This document shows positions 1 to 8,268 of a DNA stretch of 64,000 nucleotides, one piece after another; positions within the stretch are counted from its first letter, which is position 1; the number at the start of each line of letters is the position of its first letter. Under the pieces are notes generated by a model that had not been told where the DNA came from, made no database searches, and saw only the letters and a program-made list of their open reading frames with translations. This stretch comes from Verrucomicrobiia bacterium (GTDB lineage: Bacteria > Verrucomicrobiota > Verrucomicrobiia > Palsa-1439): assembly GCA_035515475.1 (NCBI GenBank), contig DATJBF010000008.1, positions 1,899 to 65,898 of the forward strand, given 5' to 3'. The translations under genes were made by a program, and so were the position numbers.

Positions 1-145
1 GGCAGCGCGGCGCGACGTTGTTTCCCAATAACAACACGCTCCGTGAGAAGCTGGCGGGACTGCAACCGAACTGATGCTGGCTTAATAAGCAATTGCCCTT
101 GGAGAGTGAGAGGTAAAATCTTAACCCGTCCATCTTTCCACCATC

Positions 146-186
146 TCGGTGAACATGATGGCCGCGAGCTTGCGTTGTTCGGTGCC
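146..186. repeat. 41-nt direct repeat copy 1 (second copy at 2251-2291, inside the cyclase 5' coding region); encodes the remnant 'EQRKLAAIMFTEMV' out of frame just past the cyclase stop
   Basis: tcggtgaacatgatggccgcgagcttgcg[t/c]tgttcggt found at both positions with 1 mismatch; the short ORF 121-318(-) reproduces the cyclase N-terminal peptide. Confidence 0.75.
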
Positions 187-191
187 GGCGC

Positions 192-2303
192 TCACTTCTC
201 CAGCCCGACTTTCTTGAGCAGCGCGATGAACGTCGGATCGGAACGGAGGTTGTCCAAAAACGGGATGATCTTCAGATCGGACACATCTTCTCGCGCTTCG
301 ATTGCTTGTTCCAACCATGCCAGAGCCTCGTCGCGATCACCTAGACCGTTATGGACCCAGGCGACAAGGTAACGAACATCGTATCCTCGCTGCAAAAAGC
401 CCATCAGGTCGTGGAGCACCTCGTGAGCCTCGTTCGTCCGGCCTGAAACCGCATAGGCGTACCCGAGGTCTCCGAGTCCATCGGGACTGCTGCCGGTCAG
501 CCTTCTCATGGTCTGCAACTCGGCGATGGCTTCGGTGAACATCCCCGCCATTATGTAAGCATCACCAAGGGTCTCGTGCACACTGGGAAAGTCTGGGCTT
601 AGCTCTACGACCTTGCGGAATTCCGTGATGGCTTCTTGGGGGCGTCGGTCGTATACGAGTACCCCTCCTACGTTCATGCCGATGACGGGCGAGACCGGGT
701 CAAGGTCTTGGGCGCGGCGGATCTCCCGGATCGCCTCATCAAACCGGCCCAGACACCGCAGTAATATTGAATACCAGAGGTGGGCGGTCGCATAGTTCGG
801 GTTAAGCTCTATGGCTCGCTTGAATTCGGCTTCGGCGCCGGGCCAGTCCCAATCCCAACTCTGCTTGATAGAGCCCAAGGCCGCGTGAGCCTCGCCCAAG
901 GTGTTGTCCAGTTCCAACGCCCGGAGCGCCGCGGCTCGCGCTTTTGGCATAGACTGCTTGGCCGGCGTGCCTGTGTAGCCAGGGAGCACGAGGTAACAGT
1001 CCGCCAAAGCTGCATACGCCAACGCGAAGTTGGGGTCTTTGCCCACCGCTTGTTCGAGGTAGTCCGCCGCTTTCTTCAGGCTGTCACTGGTGCGCTGGTT
1101 CCACAGGTAGCGGCCCTGGACGTAGAGCCGGTAGGCTTCCGCATTGGCAGTGATCGGTTTGGTGAGATGTTGCGAGTCCTCGCTCAGTAACTGGCCTTTC
1201 AGCGCCTCGGCCACCCGTTCCGCTACGTCCGCCCGGATGGCCAGCAGATCGTCGAGGCCGCGATCGTAGGTCTCCGACCAGAGATGAAAACCGTCGGTCA
1301 CGTTGATGAGTTGGGCGGTGACGCGCAGCTTGCTACCTGATTTGGTAATGCTGCCTTCGAGCACGGTGCCCACGCCGAGTTGTTCGCCGATGTGCCGGAT
1401 GTCTTCGTTCTTGCCCTTGAACGCGAAGCACGACGTGCGGGCCGGGACTCGCAAGCCCTTGACTTTCGACAGCGCGGTGATGATTTCCTCGCTGATGCCA
1501 TCGCCGAGATACTCGTCGGACCGGTCGGCGCTCATGTTGGCGAACGGCAGGACAGCGACGGACCTGGACTCTGCGGCACGGGCAATGGGGATCGGCGCAT
1601 TGGTCGGCGGCGCCGCCGTCACTTTCGCCGGCCGGCCGCTGGAATGGTAGAGCCACAAGCCGACCCCAATCAGAATGGCGATGACCACCGCCACGGCCAG
1701 GCCGACAACGGGACCGTGCGGCTTCCCGGGGCCCAGAGTCCGTCGCCCCGCGCTCGATGATTCCTGGTGCTCCCACGGCAGCACGATGCGGAACAGGTCC
1801 ATCGGTACCCGGATGTTCTTGAGCGCCGCGGGAGGCAGCTTGATCAGCGACGCTGCCAACGCATGGCGAATCTGCCGCTCCACATCCATCGATACGCAAA
1901 TCCCGTCCGGCTCAGCCACCTGCTGGATCCGCGAAGCGATGTTCACCCCATCGCCCAGCACGTCGCTTTCCCGATGAATCACGTCGCCGATGTGGATGCC
2001 GATGCGCACCTGGATTCTGCTCGCCGCCGAAACGTCGGCGTTGCGTTTGGCGAGCGTGCGTTGAATCTCAATCGCGCACTGCGCGGCTTCCAGGGCGCTG
2101 CCAAATTCGACCAGAAAGGCGTCGCCGATCGTTTTGACTTCCGTGCCGTTGAAGCGGGGAAAGAGCGACCGCAGCAGGCGCCGGTGTTCTTCGAGCAGTT
2201 CGAGCGCGAGGGCCTCGCTCTGCTGCACCAGCGCACTGTAGCCGACCATGTCGGTGAACATGATGGCCGCGAGCTTGCGCTGTTCGGTTCCTTCGACAGC
2301 CAT
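192..2303 (-). CDS. Class III adenylate/guanylate cyclase, membrane-anchored, with periplasmic-type middle domain and C-terminal TPR repeats (ORF extends to 2333; likely start at internal Met near 2303)
   Basis: N-terminal 'MFTDMVGYSAL...KTIGDAFLVEFGS...RIGIHIGDV' cyclase catalytic motifs; one TM helix; multiple TPR-like repeats at the C-terminus. Confidence 0.8.
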   Translation of the reverse strand: MAVEGTEQRKLAAIMFTDMVGYSALVQQSEALALELLEEHRRLLRSLFPRFNGTEVKTIGDAFLVEFGSALEAAQCAIEIQRTLAKRNADVSAASRIQVRIGIHIGDVIHRESDVLGDGVNIASRIQQVAEPDGICVSMDVERQIRHALAASLIKLPPAALKNIRVPMDLFRIVLPWEHQESSSAGRRTLGPGKPHGPVVGLAVAVVIAILIGVGLWLYHSSGRPAKVTAAPPTNAPIPIARAAESRSVAVLPFANMSADRSDEYLGDGISEEIITALSKVKGLRVPARTSCFAFKGKNEDIRHIGEQLGVGTVLEGSITKSGSKLRVTAQLINVTDGFHLWSETYDRGLDDLLAIRADVAERVAEALKGQLLSEDSQHLTKPITANAEAYRLYVQGRYLWNQRTSDSLKKAADYLEQAVGKDPNFALAYAALADCYLVLPGYTGTPAKQSMPKARAAALRALELDNTLGEAHAALGSIKQSWDWDWPGAEAEFKRAIELNPNYATAHLWYSILLRCLGRFDEAIREIRRAQDLDPVSPVIGMNVGGVLVYDRRPQEAITEFRKVVELSPDFPSVHETLGDAYIMAGMFTEAIAELQTMRRLTGSSPDGLGDLGYAYAVSGRTNEAHEVLHDLMGFLQRGYDVRYLVAWVHNGLGDRDEALAWLEQAIEAREDVSDLKIIPFLDNLRSDPTFIALLKKVGLEK

Positions 2304-2407
2304 TGGTCGCGATTCTAACCACAACGGGCCCAAACTGGAAACAAAGGATTTGATTGGGGAAAGCAGTGGATTTTCCTGTCAGCTTTTGGTCGCTTTCGAC
2401 CACTATT

Positions 2408-3892
2408 ATGGTGAGAATGAAGGCGACCTTGAACACCGAGTCAGCCAGCGATGAGCGGCTGGTGTTGAGCAGCCGAAATGGTGACCGCGACGCGTTTGCC
2501 CGGATTGTGGAGCGGTATCAATCCTTGATCTGTGCCCTGACCTACGTTGCCTGTGGCGATCTACAGACCAGCGAAGACCTGGCGCAGGTGACGTTCATCA
2601 CAGCCTGGTGCGAACTGCCGAAACTGCAAGAGCCTTCCAAGCTCAAATCCTGGCTGTGCGGGATCGCCCGCAATGTGACCAACAATTCCTTTCGTCAGAA
2701 ACAGCGGACGCCCACGGCGAACGCTGCGGACTTGGATGAGATTATCGACATCCCCTCGGAAGCGCCGTCGCCGCGCGATCATGTGATCTCGAAGGAAGAA
2801 GAAGCGATCCTGTGGCGGGCGTTGGGCGAACTGCCGCCAACGTATCGCGAACCGCTGGTGTTGTTCTATCGTCAACATCAATCGGCGGCCGAGGTGGCGG
2901 AAGTGCTCGGCCTATCGGAAGATGCCGTTCATCAACGTCTTTCGCGCGGGCGGACAATGTTGACCGAGCGCGTCGCGCGGTTTGTGGAAACCACGTTGAG
3001 CAGCACCGGACCGACGCAGGTGTTCACCGTCGGCGTGCTGGCAGCGTTGCCAGCCGGTCCGGCAGCAATGGTGAGTGTCTGCATGGCGGGCAAGGGCTCG
3101 GCGGCAGCCAAGTCGGGTTTTCTGGCCGCGTGGGTGGCGCCCTTTATTGGAATTGCTGCCGGCGTCGTGGCACAATGTCTGATCATCCGTGCCACCACGC
3201 CGGACCGCAAACTGCGGGTCAAAAACACCGTACAACTTGTCGTTGGTTGGATTGTCCTGCTGGGAATTGCCATCGCCGGGCCGAATGCCGTGCATGCTCT
3301 GGGACATCACTTTGAGTGGGGTAGCCGGACTCGTTTTGTCGCGATGGCGGGCTTTTGGTGGTGCTATTGCATGGGCCTGCAGACTTTGGCCATCGTGGGG
3401 TTTGCCCATATCCTGGGCATCAGCCGACAGAGCGGGAAGGCCGGCGAAACTCCCCAGCCGGCCAACCCGCCGATGAAGCCGGGCACACTCGCGATGGTGG
3501 TGGCCGGCGTGCATTTGGCGCTGTTTTCGTGGCTGGTTCGTCTGGCGTGGCGTGCCGATGATCTGATGGCGGCCGGAGTCATCGCGGGAATGATGGTTGT
3601 GCTGGGCATTGCGGCTTTCTTCAACACTCGCGGCAAGACCGGAGCAGCCCTCGCGCGGGCCACCGCCGCCCATATGGCTGTGTGCGGCACAGTGCTGCTG
3701 GTGACATTGAACCTGCGATTGGACGTGTGGGTGGCGTCCGCGTACGGAGTCACCGTTGCCGAAGCGCACCGTCTGCAACCGGTGTGGATTGTTCCTCTGC
3801 TCACGTTGGCCTTCCTCATCTGGAGCGGAGTGGTCGTGGCCCTGACCAAATCCAAACGCGTTGCCCGATTCCCTCGAAACCCAGCCTTGTAA
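2408..3892 (+). CDS. ECF sigma-70 family factor fused to a C-terminal polytopic (~8 TM) membrane domain (ORF from 2354; probable start ~2408-2417)
   Basis: Sigma region 2 ('DAFARIVERYQSLICALTYVACGD...EDLAQVTFITAW') and region 4 ('LPPTYREPLVLFYRQHQSAAEVAEVLGLSEDAVHQRLSRGRTML'); ~8 hydrophobic helices follow to the C-terminus. Confidence 0.8.
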   Translation: MVRMKATLNTESASDERLVLSSRNGDRDAFARIVERYQSLICALTYVACGDLQTSEDLAQVTFITAWCELPKLQEPSKLKSWLCGIARNVTNNSFRQKQRTPTANAADLDEIIDIPSEAPSPRDHVISKEEEAILWRALGELPPTYREPLVLFYRQHQSAAEVAEVLGLSEDAVHQRLSRGRTMLTERVARFVETTLSSTGPTQVFTVGVLAALPAGPAAMVSVCMAGKGSAAAKSGFLAAWVAPFIGIAAGVVAQCLIIRATTPDRKLRVKNTVQLVVGWIVLLGIAIAGPNAVHALGHHFEWGSRTRFVAMAGFWWCYCMGLQTLAIVGFAHILGISRQSGKAGETPQPANPPMKPGTLAMVVAGVHLALFSWLVRLAWRADDLMAAGVIAGMMVVLGIAAFFNTRGKTGAALARATAAHMAVCGTVLLVTLNLRLDVWVASAYGVTVAEAHRLQPVWIVPLLTLAFLIWSGVVVALTKSKRVARFPRNPAL

Positions 3893-4047
3893 ACAAGGCT
3901 GTACCGCAATTTGGGCAGCCGCACTCGTGGCAGTCACCAGATCAAGGAACTGCCGTCTCACAACTTCTTGGTGTGTCTGCGAAGCTTGCGCTTTGCCCAT
4001 GGCGTTCTTGTCACCTCTTCCGTCTTTCCCGGTACTGATACGGTGCT

Positions 4048-5802
4048 ATGATGACGACCGGGAAAATGCCTGTGGCAGGGGACAGCGACGCGCAACTGGT
4101 GGAATGGAGTCTGACGGGCGACCGTGAAGCGTTCGGCCGGATCGTCGAGCGGTATCAATCTCTGGTTTGCTCGATCACCTACGGTGCGACCGGCAGCTTG
4201 ACCCTGAGCGAGGACCTCGCCCAGGAGACCTTCGTTACCGCGTGGAAACGGCTTTCGGAATTGCGTGAGCCGACGAAGCTGCGGGCGTGGTTGTGCGGCA
4301 TCACCCGCTTCCTGATCGGCAAAGAACTCCGGCGACAGGGCCGCGAACCGGTTCACGCTGCCGAACCGCTGGATACGGTTCAGGAACCGGCCGCACCGGA
4401 ACCGTCTCCATCCGCCCGGGCCATCGGTCGCGAGGAAGAAGCGATTCTCTGGCGCGCGCTGGAACAGATGCCCACCACATATCGCGAACCGTTGATTCTG
4501 TTCTATCGTGAACACCAATCGGTCGCACGCGTAGCAGAAGAACTGGAGTTGAGCGAGGACGCGGTGAAACAAAGGCTCTCGCGCGGGCGGACGATGTTGA
4601 CCGAGCAGGTCGCCGCATTCGTCGAGGGCGCGTTGCAGCAGACAACGCCGGGCCGGGCGTTCACGCTGGGCGTGCTGGCGGCGTTGCCGGCGCTCACAAC
4701 TTCCGTTAAGACGGCGACCGCGGCTTTGTCTGAAGCGGCCCATCACGGCACGACAACCTTGGAGGTAACCAAAGCGTTGGCCATGACAACCACACAGAAG
4801 ATTTTGATCGCTACCGCCGCCGCGAGCGTCGCGGTGGCGACCAGCACGGCGGTGTACGAAACGCACCACACGTCACAATTGCAGGAGGAGATTCGGACGC
4901 TCGAGCAACAGCAAGAACCGCTTACTGAACAGGTCCGGCAGTTGCGTCAGGAGCGGGATGGGGCCAGGCACAACGTAGCGGTGCTGCAGCAGGAAAACGA
5001 ACAACTCCGCCTCGACACTGCCGAACTCGTCAAACTGCGCGGCAAGATGGCACAACTGCAGGCGCCAGTTGGTCCGTCCGTCGCAGCGACGGGCAGTAAG
5101 TTGGCGGAGAGACTGAAGAACCCGCAGACGAGGCAGGAGGAGCGGACCCAGCAGAGGTGGATGATCTATAACATGTATGGAGGCCTGTCCAAGTACTTGA
5201 ACCTCCCGGCGGATGAAATGGACGCACTCAAGGAGTTGCTCGTGGAACGCAACATGGCGAATTTGGATGCACTCGTTTCCATTGAGAGTCAACCAGAGGT
5301 CGATCCGAAGCAGCTAAACGAGGCCCGCACCGCGGTGCAAGCGGAGTACAACCGTAAGATCCAAGATCTGCTCGGCCCTCAGGATTACGCAATCTTCGAG
5401 GATTACAATAAGAGCGCAAGTTTTCGCTGGGCCGTTCAGACCTTCAAGAGTGAGCTTCCGGTCGCCGATGCGTTGACCGATCAGCAGGAAAATGACCTGG
5501 TTCACGCCATCTTCGAAGCGAGCAACACCGTGCCGGTCTCGCCCGAGTTGTGGAATTTGCCGGTGGATCGGTCGCAATGGACAGAAGAACAGGTGGCAGA
5601 GTGGCTGAAAGCAGAGGAGCTGCGTCACCAGTTGTGCGTTGAGCGGGCGGCGACGGTCCTCAGTCCCGCGCAACTTGAGCGATTCGAAACCTATCAAGAC
5701 GAGGACTACGCCATGCAGGCGGAGTACGTCAAGGGGTTGCAGAAATCCGCGAACAAAGCCGCCGTGCAACCGCCTACTGCCACCCAAAGCGAAGCACATT
5801 GA
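4048..5802 (+). CDS. ECF sigma factor fused to single TM + coiled coil + conserved ~230-aa extracytoplasmic domain
   Basis: Sigma2/4 regions nearly identical in pattern to the previous gene, plus the shared linker 'FT(L/V)GVLAALPA'; C-terminal domain is homologous to ORF 5926-6945 (motifs 'YG(G/S)LSKYLNLPAD', 'KIQDLLGPQDY'). Confidence 0.8.
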   Translation: MMTTGKMPVAGDSDAQLVEWSLTGDREAFGRIVERYQSLVCSITYGATGSLTLSEDLAQETFVTAWKRLSELREPTKLRAWLCGITRFLIGKELRRQGREPVHAAEPLDTVQEPAAPEPSPSARAIGREEEAILWRALEQMPTTYREPLILFYREHQSVARVAEELELSEDAVKQRLSRGRTMLTEQVAAFVEGALQQTTPGRAFTLGVLAALPALTTSVKTATAALSEAAHHGTTTLEVTKALAMTTTQKILIATAAASVAVATSTAVYETHHTSQLQEEIRTLEQQQEPLTEQVRQLRQERDGARHNVAVLQQENEQLRLDTAELVKLRGKMAQLQAPVGPSVAATGSKLAERLKNPQTRQEERTQQRWMIYNMYGGLSKYLNLPADEMDALKELLVERNMANLDALVSIESQPEVDPKQLNEARTAVQAEYNRKIQDLLGPQDYAIFEDYNKSASFRWAVQTFKSELPVADALTDQQENDLVHAIFEASNTVPVSPELWNLPVDRSQWTEEQVAEWLKAEELRHQLCVERAATVLSPAQLERFETYQDEDYAMQAEYVKGLQKSANKAAVQPPTATQSEAH

Positions 5803-5925
5803 GGCTGCCGGTCTTTTTCCCGATCTTCTGTCAGGCCGCGCCCAACGCCCTCCGGGCGCGCCGCGACCAGCAGCGCAGTGAAACTGGGAGCTTGTGGGAT
5901 TCGGGTCGTTTTGGTTCTGTAGTGG

Positions 5926-6945
5926 ATGACAACGACCGGAGGTCGGCCTATGAAACGAGACGCCTTGTTGGTTGTGTTGGTTGTCGCGGTCAGCACGCTG
6001 GCCATCGTGGTCGTACGTCAGCGAAGCGAGATCGCGGAATTAAAGAAGACCGCCGAGGAAGCCGCCGCGGCCAAACAAGTTGCTTCGGCCAAACCACGAT
6101 CAGTTCTTCCACCAAAGAAAGAATTGCCGGAGCCGATGCCGGAAGCTGCCCCGGCTGAACCCGCTGCCACCCCGGTGCCTGCCGCGCCGGTCACGAACGC
6201 ACCCACCGGCACCGGCGGCGCCGTCAGCAATTACTTCTCGAGTCTCGCGAACATGATGAAGGATCCCCGGATGAAAGAGGTGATCCGCATCCAGCAAAAG
6301 ATGACGCTCGACAAGATGTACGGATCGCTGTCCAAGTACCTGAACCTGCCTGCCGACAAACTGGACGCGTTGAAAGAGTTGCTCGTGAATCGCCAGATGG
6401 CCATGACCGAAGCAGGAATGGCCCTGATGACCGGGTCCGGGGACCGGACGCAAGCGGCAGCGGAAGCCAAGACCGTCAAGGCGGACTACGACAAGAAGAT
6501 TCAGGATTTTCTCGGCCCTGAGGATTATGAGACCTTCCAGGATTACGAGAAGACCGTAAGCGAGCGCGTGCAAATCCAGATGTTCAAGGACGCCTTGCCG
6601 GCCGATGCGGCGCTGACCGACCAGCAGGAGGACGACCTGATCAACGCGATGTATGAAGAACGGAAAACCCTGCCGCCGTCGTCACTGATAAACAGCCAGA
6701 CCACCGACCCATCACAGTTGACCGAAGAGCGGGTTGCCGAGGCGTTGAAGCAATGGGAGGAGTTGCAGCAGCGGTATGCCGACCGGGCGGCAGCAATTCT
6801 CACCCCGGCTCAACTCGATCAATTCACCAAATGGCAGCAACAATTCAGTGCCATGCAAGTAGCCGGCCTGAAAATGGCCGCGGCGATGTTCGGAAACAAA
6901 GGAACGCAGTCGTCGCCGTCTCCCAGCCCGGGTCCGACGCCGTGA
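5926..6945 (+). CDS. Membrane-anchored protein (TM + coiled coil + conserved domain), stand-alone paralog of the C-terminal extension of ECF fusion 4048-5802; putative anti-sigma/sensor-like partner
   Basis: N-terminal TM 'LLVVLVVAVSTLAIVVV', coiled coil, then 'MYGSLSKYLNLPADKLDALKELLVNR...KIQDFLGPEDYETFQDYEKT' homologous to the gene 4048-5802 C-terminus; its stop overlaps the start of the next ECF sigma (GTGA). Confidence 0.7.
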   Translation: MTTTGGRPMKRDALLVVLVVAVSTLAIVVVRQRSEIAELKKTAEEAAAAKQVASAKPRSVLPPKKELPEPMPEAAPAEPAATPVPAAPVTNAPTGTGGAVSNYFSSLANMMKDPRMKEVIRIQQKMTLDKMYGSLSKYLNLPADKLDALKELLVNRQMAMTEAGMALMTGSGDRTQAAAEAKTVKADYDKKIQDFLGPEDYETFQDYEKTVSERVQIQMFKDALPADAALTDQQEDDLINAMYEERKTLPPSSLINSQTTDPSQLTEERVAEALKQWEELQQRYADRAAAILTPAQLDQFTKWQQQFSAMQVAGLKMAAAMFGNKGTQSSPSPSPGPTP

Positions 6946-7643
6946 CGACCACTGCAGCCAGCCGCTTCGCCGCGACGCGTTGGACGATCGTGTTGGCCGC
7001 CGGTCACGGCACGTCCCCACAAGCCGGACGCGCTTTGGAGGAATTGTGCCGGACGTATTGGTATCCGCTCTACGCCTACGTCCGCCGGCGCGGTTACGAG
7101 TCGCACGAGGCGGAGGATCTTACGCAGGAGTTCTTCGCGCGTCTGCTGGCAAAGAAATACCTGGCAGATGTGGACCGGGAGAAGGGACGATTCCGCTCGT
7201 TTCTGTTGGCGTCGTTGAAACATTTTCTAGCGAACGAATGGGACCGGGCGCATGCCCAAAAACGCGGTGGCGGCCAGACACTCGTCTCGCTGGACGCCGA
7301 GACGCGTTATCAACGCGAGCCGGTCGATGAGGCGAGCGCCGACAAACTGCTCGACCGGGCGTGGGCGGTCGCCTTGTTGGACCAGGTGCTGGCCCGGCTG
7401 GAGATGGAGAGCGAACCCAAGCAGTTCGCGGCGCTGAAAGCGTTTCTCACGGTTGGCCAAGACGCGATTCCCTACGCCGAAGTGGCCGGCAAGCTGGGCA
7501 CGACCGAGGGCGCTGTGAAAGTGGCCGTGCACCGGCTGCGCAAGCGGTACCGGGCCCTGTTGCGCGAAGAAATCGCCCACACGGTGGCCAGCCCCGCAGA
7601 AATCGACGACGAAATCCGTCATTTGTTTGCCGCGTTCCGGTAA
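6942..7643 (+). CDS. ECF sigma factor of the Ser/Thr-kinase-associated type (probable GTG start at 6942; no in-frame ATG)
   Basis: 'WYPLYAYVRRRGYESHEAEDLTQEFFARLL' (sigma2) and 'IPYAEVAGKLGTTEGAVKVAVHRLRKRYRALL' (sigma4); located directly upstream of the FHA and STK genes. Confidence 0.8.
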   Translation: MTTTAASRFAATRWTIVLAAGHGTSPQAGRALEELCRTYWYPLYAYVRRRGYESHEAEDLTQEFFARLLAKKYLADVDREKGRFRSFLLASLKHFLANEWDRAHAQKRGGGQTLVSLDAETRYQREPVDEASADKLLDRAWAVALLDQVLARLEMESEPKQFAALKAFLTVGQDAIPYAEVAGKLGTTEGAVKVAVHRLRKRYRALLREEIAHTVASPAEIDDEIRHLFAAFR

Positions 7644-7647
7644 CTTT

Positions 7648-7681
7648 CCCGCCGGTTTGCTTCTGTACCGAGTAGGAGAGG
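7648..7681 (+). promoter_or_regulatory. Conserved ~32-nt leader motif upstream of the FHA gene (paralogous copy at 8221-8254 upstream of the kinase gene); includes GGAG ribosome-binding site
   Basis: cccgccgGtttgcttctgtaCcgagtAggagAgg vs cccgctgAtttgcttctgtaAcgagtGgaggCaa (~27/32 identical), each 10-15 nt before the start codon. Confidence 0.5.
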
Positions 7682-7690
7682 AAATTCGTC

Positions 7691-8041
7691 ATGGCATTTC
7701 TCTACCAAATCCGGGCCGATGGCATGGTGATCGAGCACCGGGAGATTGGCGATGAGCCGGTCGTCGTCGGTCGCGGTCACGGTGCCGATCTGGAAGTGGA
7801 CGACCGACGGCTTTCCCGGGCGCACTTTGTGGTCGCTCGTGAAGGCGACGCATTCATCGTTCGCGACCTGAACTCCACCAACGGCACATGGGTGCACGGG
7901 CGGCGCGTTTCCGCGGTGCTGCTGAAACCGCATGACCACATCGGCGCGGGGCGGACGCGATTTCTCTTTGAGCCAGGGCTGACCACAGCGATGGAAGCGC
8001 TGGAGGGAAGTCGAGCCGGCGACACGGAGATCATGGCGTGA
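7691..8041 (+). CDS. FHA (forkhead-associated) domain protein
   Basis: 'VVGRG...ADLEVDDRRLSRAHFVV...IVRDLNSTNGTWVHGRRV' FHA signature (GR...SR.H...S.NGT.VNG). Confidence 0.85.
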   Translation: MAFLYQIRADGMVIEHREIGDEPVVVGRGHGADLEVDDRRLSRAHFVVAREGDAFIVRDLNSTNGTWVHGRRVSAVLLKPHDHIGAGRTRFLFEPGLTTAMEALEGSRAGDTEIMA

Positions 8042-8268
8042 TGGCGGCCATTGGTGCCCCGAATCGGTGTGGCCGTTCGCCCGCCTTTATCCCGCTCCGA
8101 GCGGGACAGATGTGGTGGTCTGTCGAATCTGGCGGGAAGCGCCCGCTGAGGGTTGCCCCGTTTCACGAGGGTAATGGACCTACGGCCGGCCAGACTGACC
8201 AGCGAGGAATCTGTAACCGTCCCGCTGATTTGCTTCTGTAACGAGTGGAGGCAATCAGGTAGAAAGGA

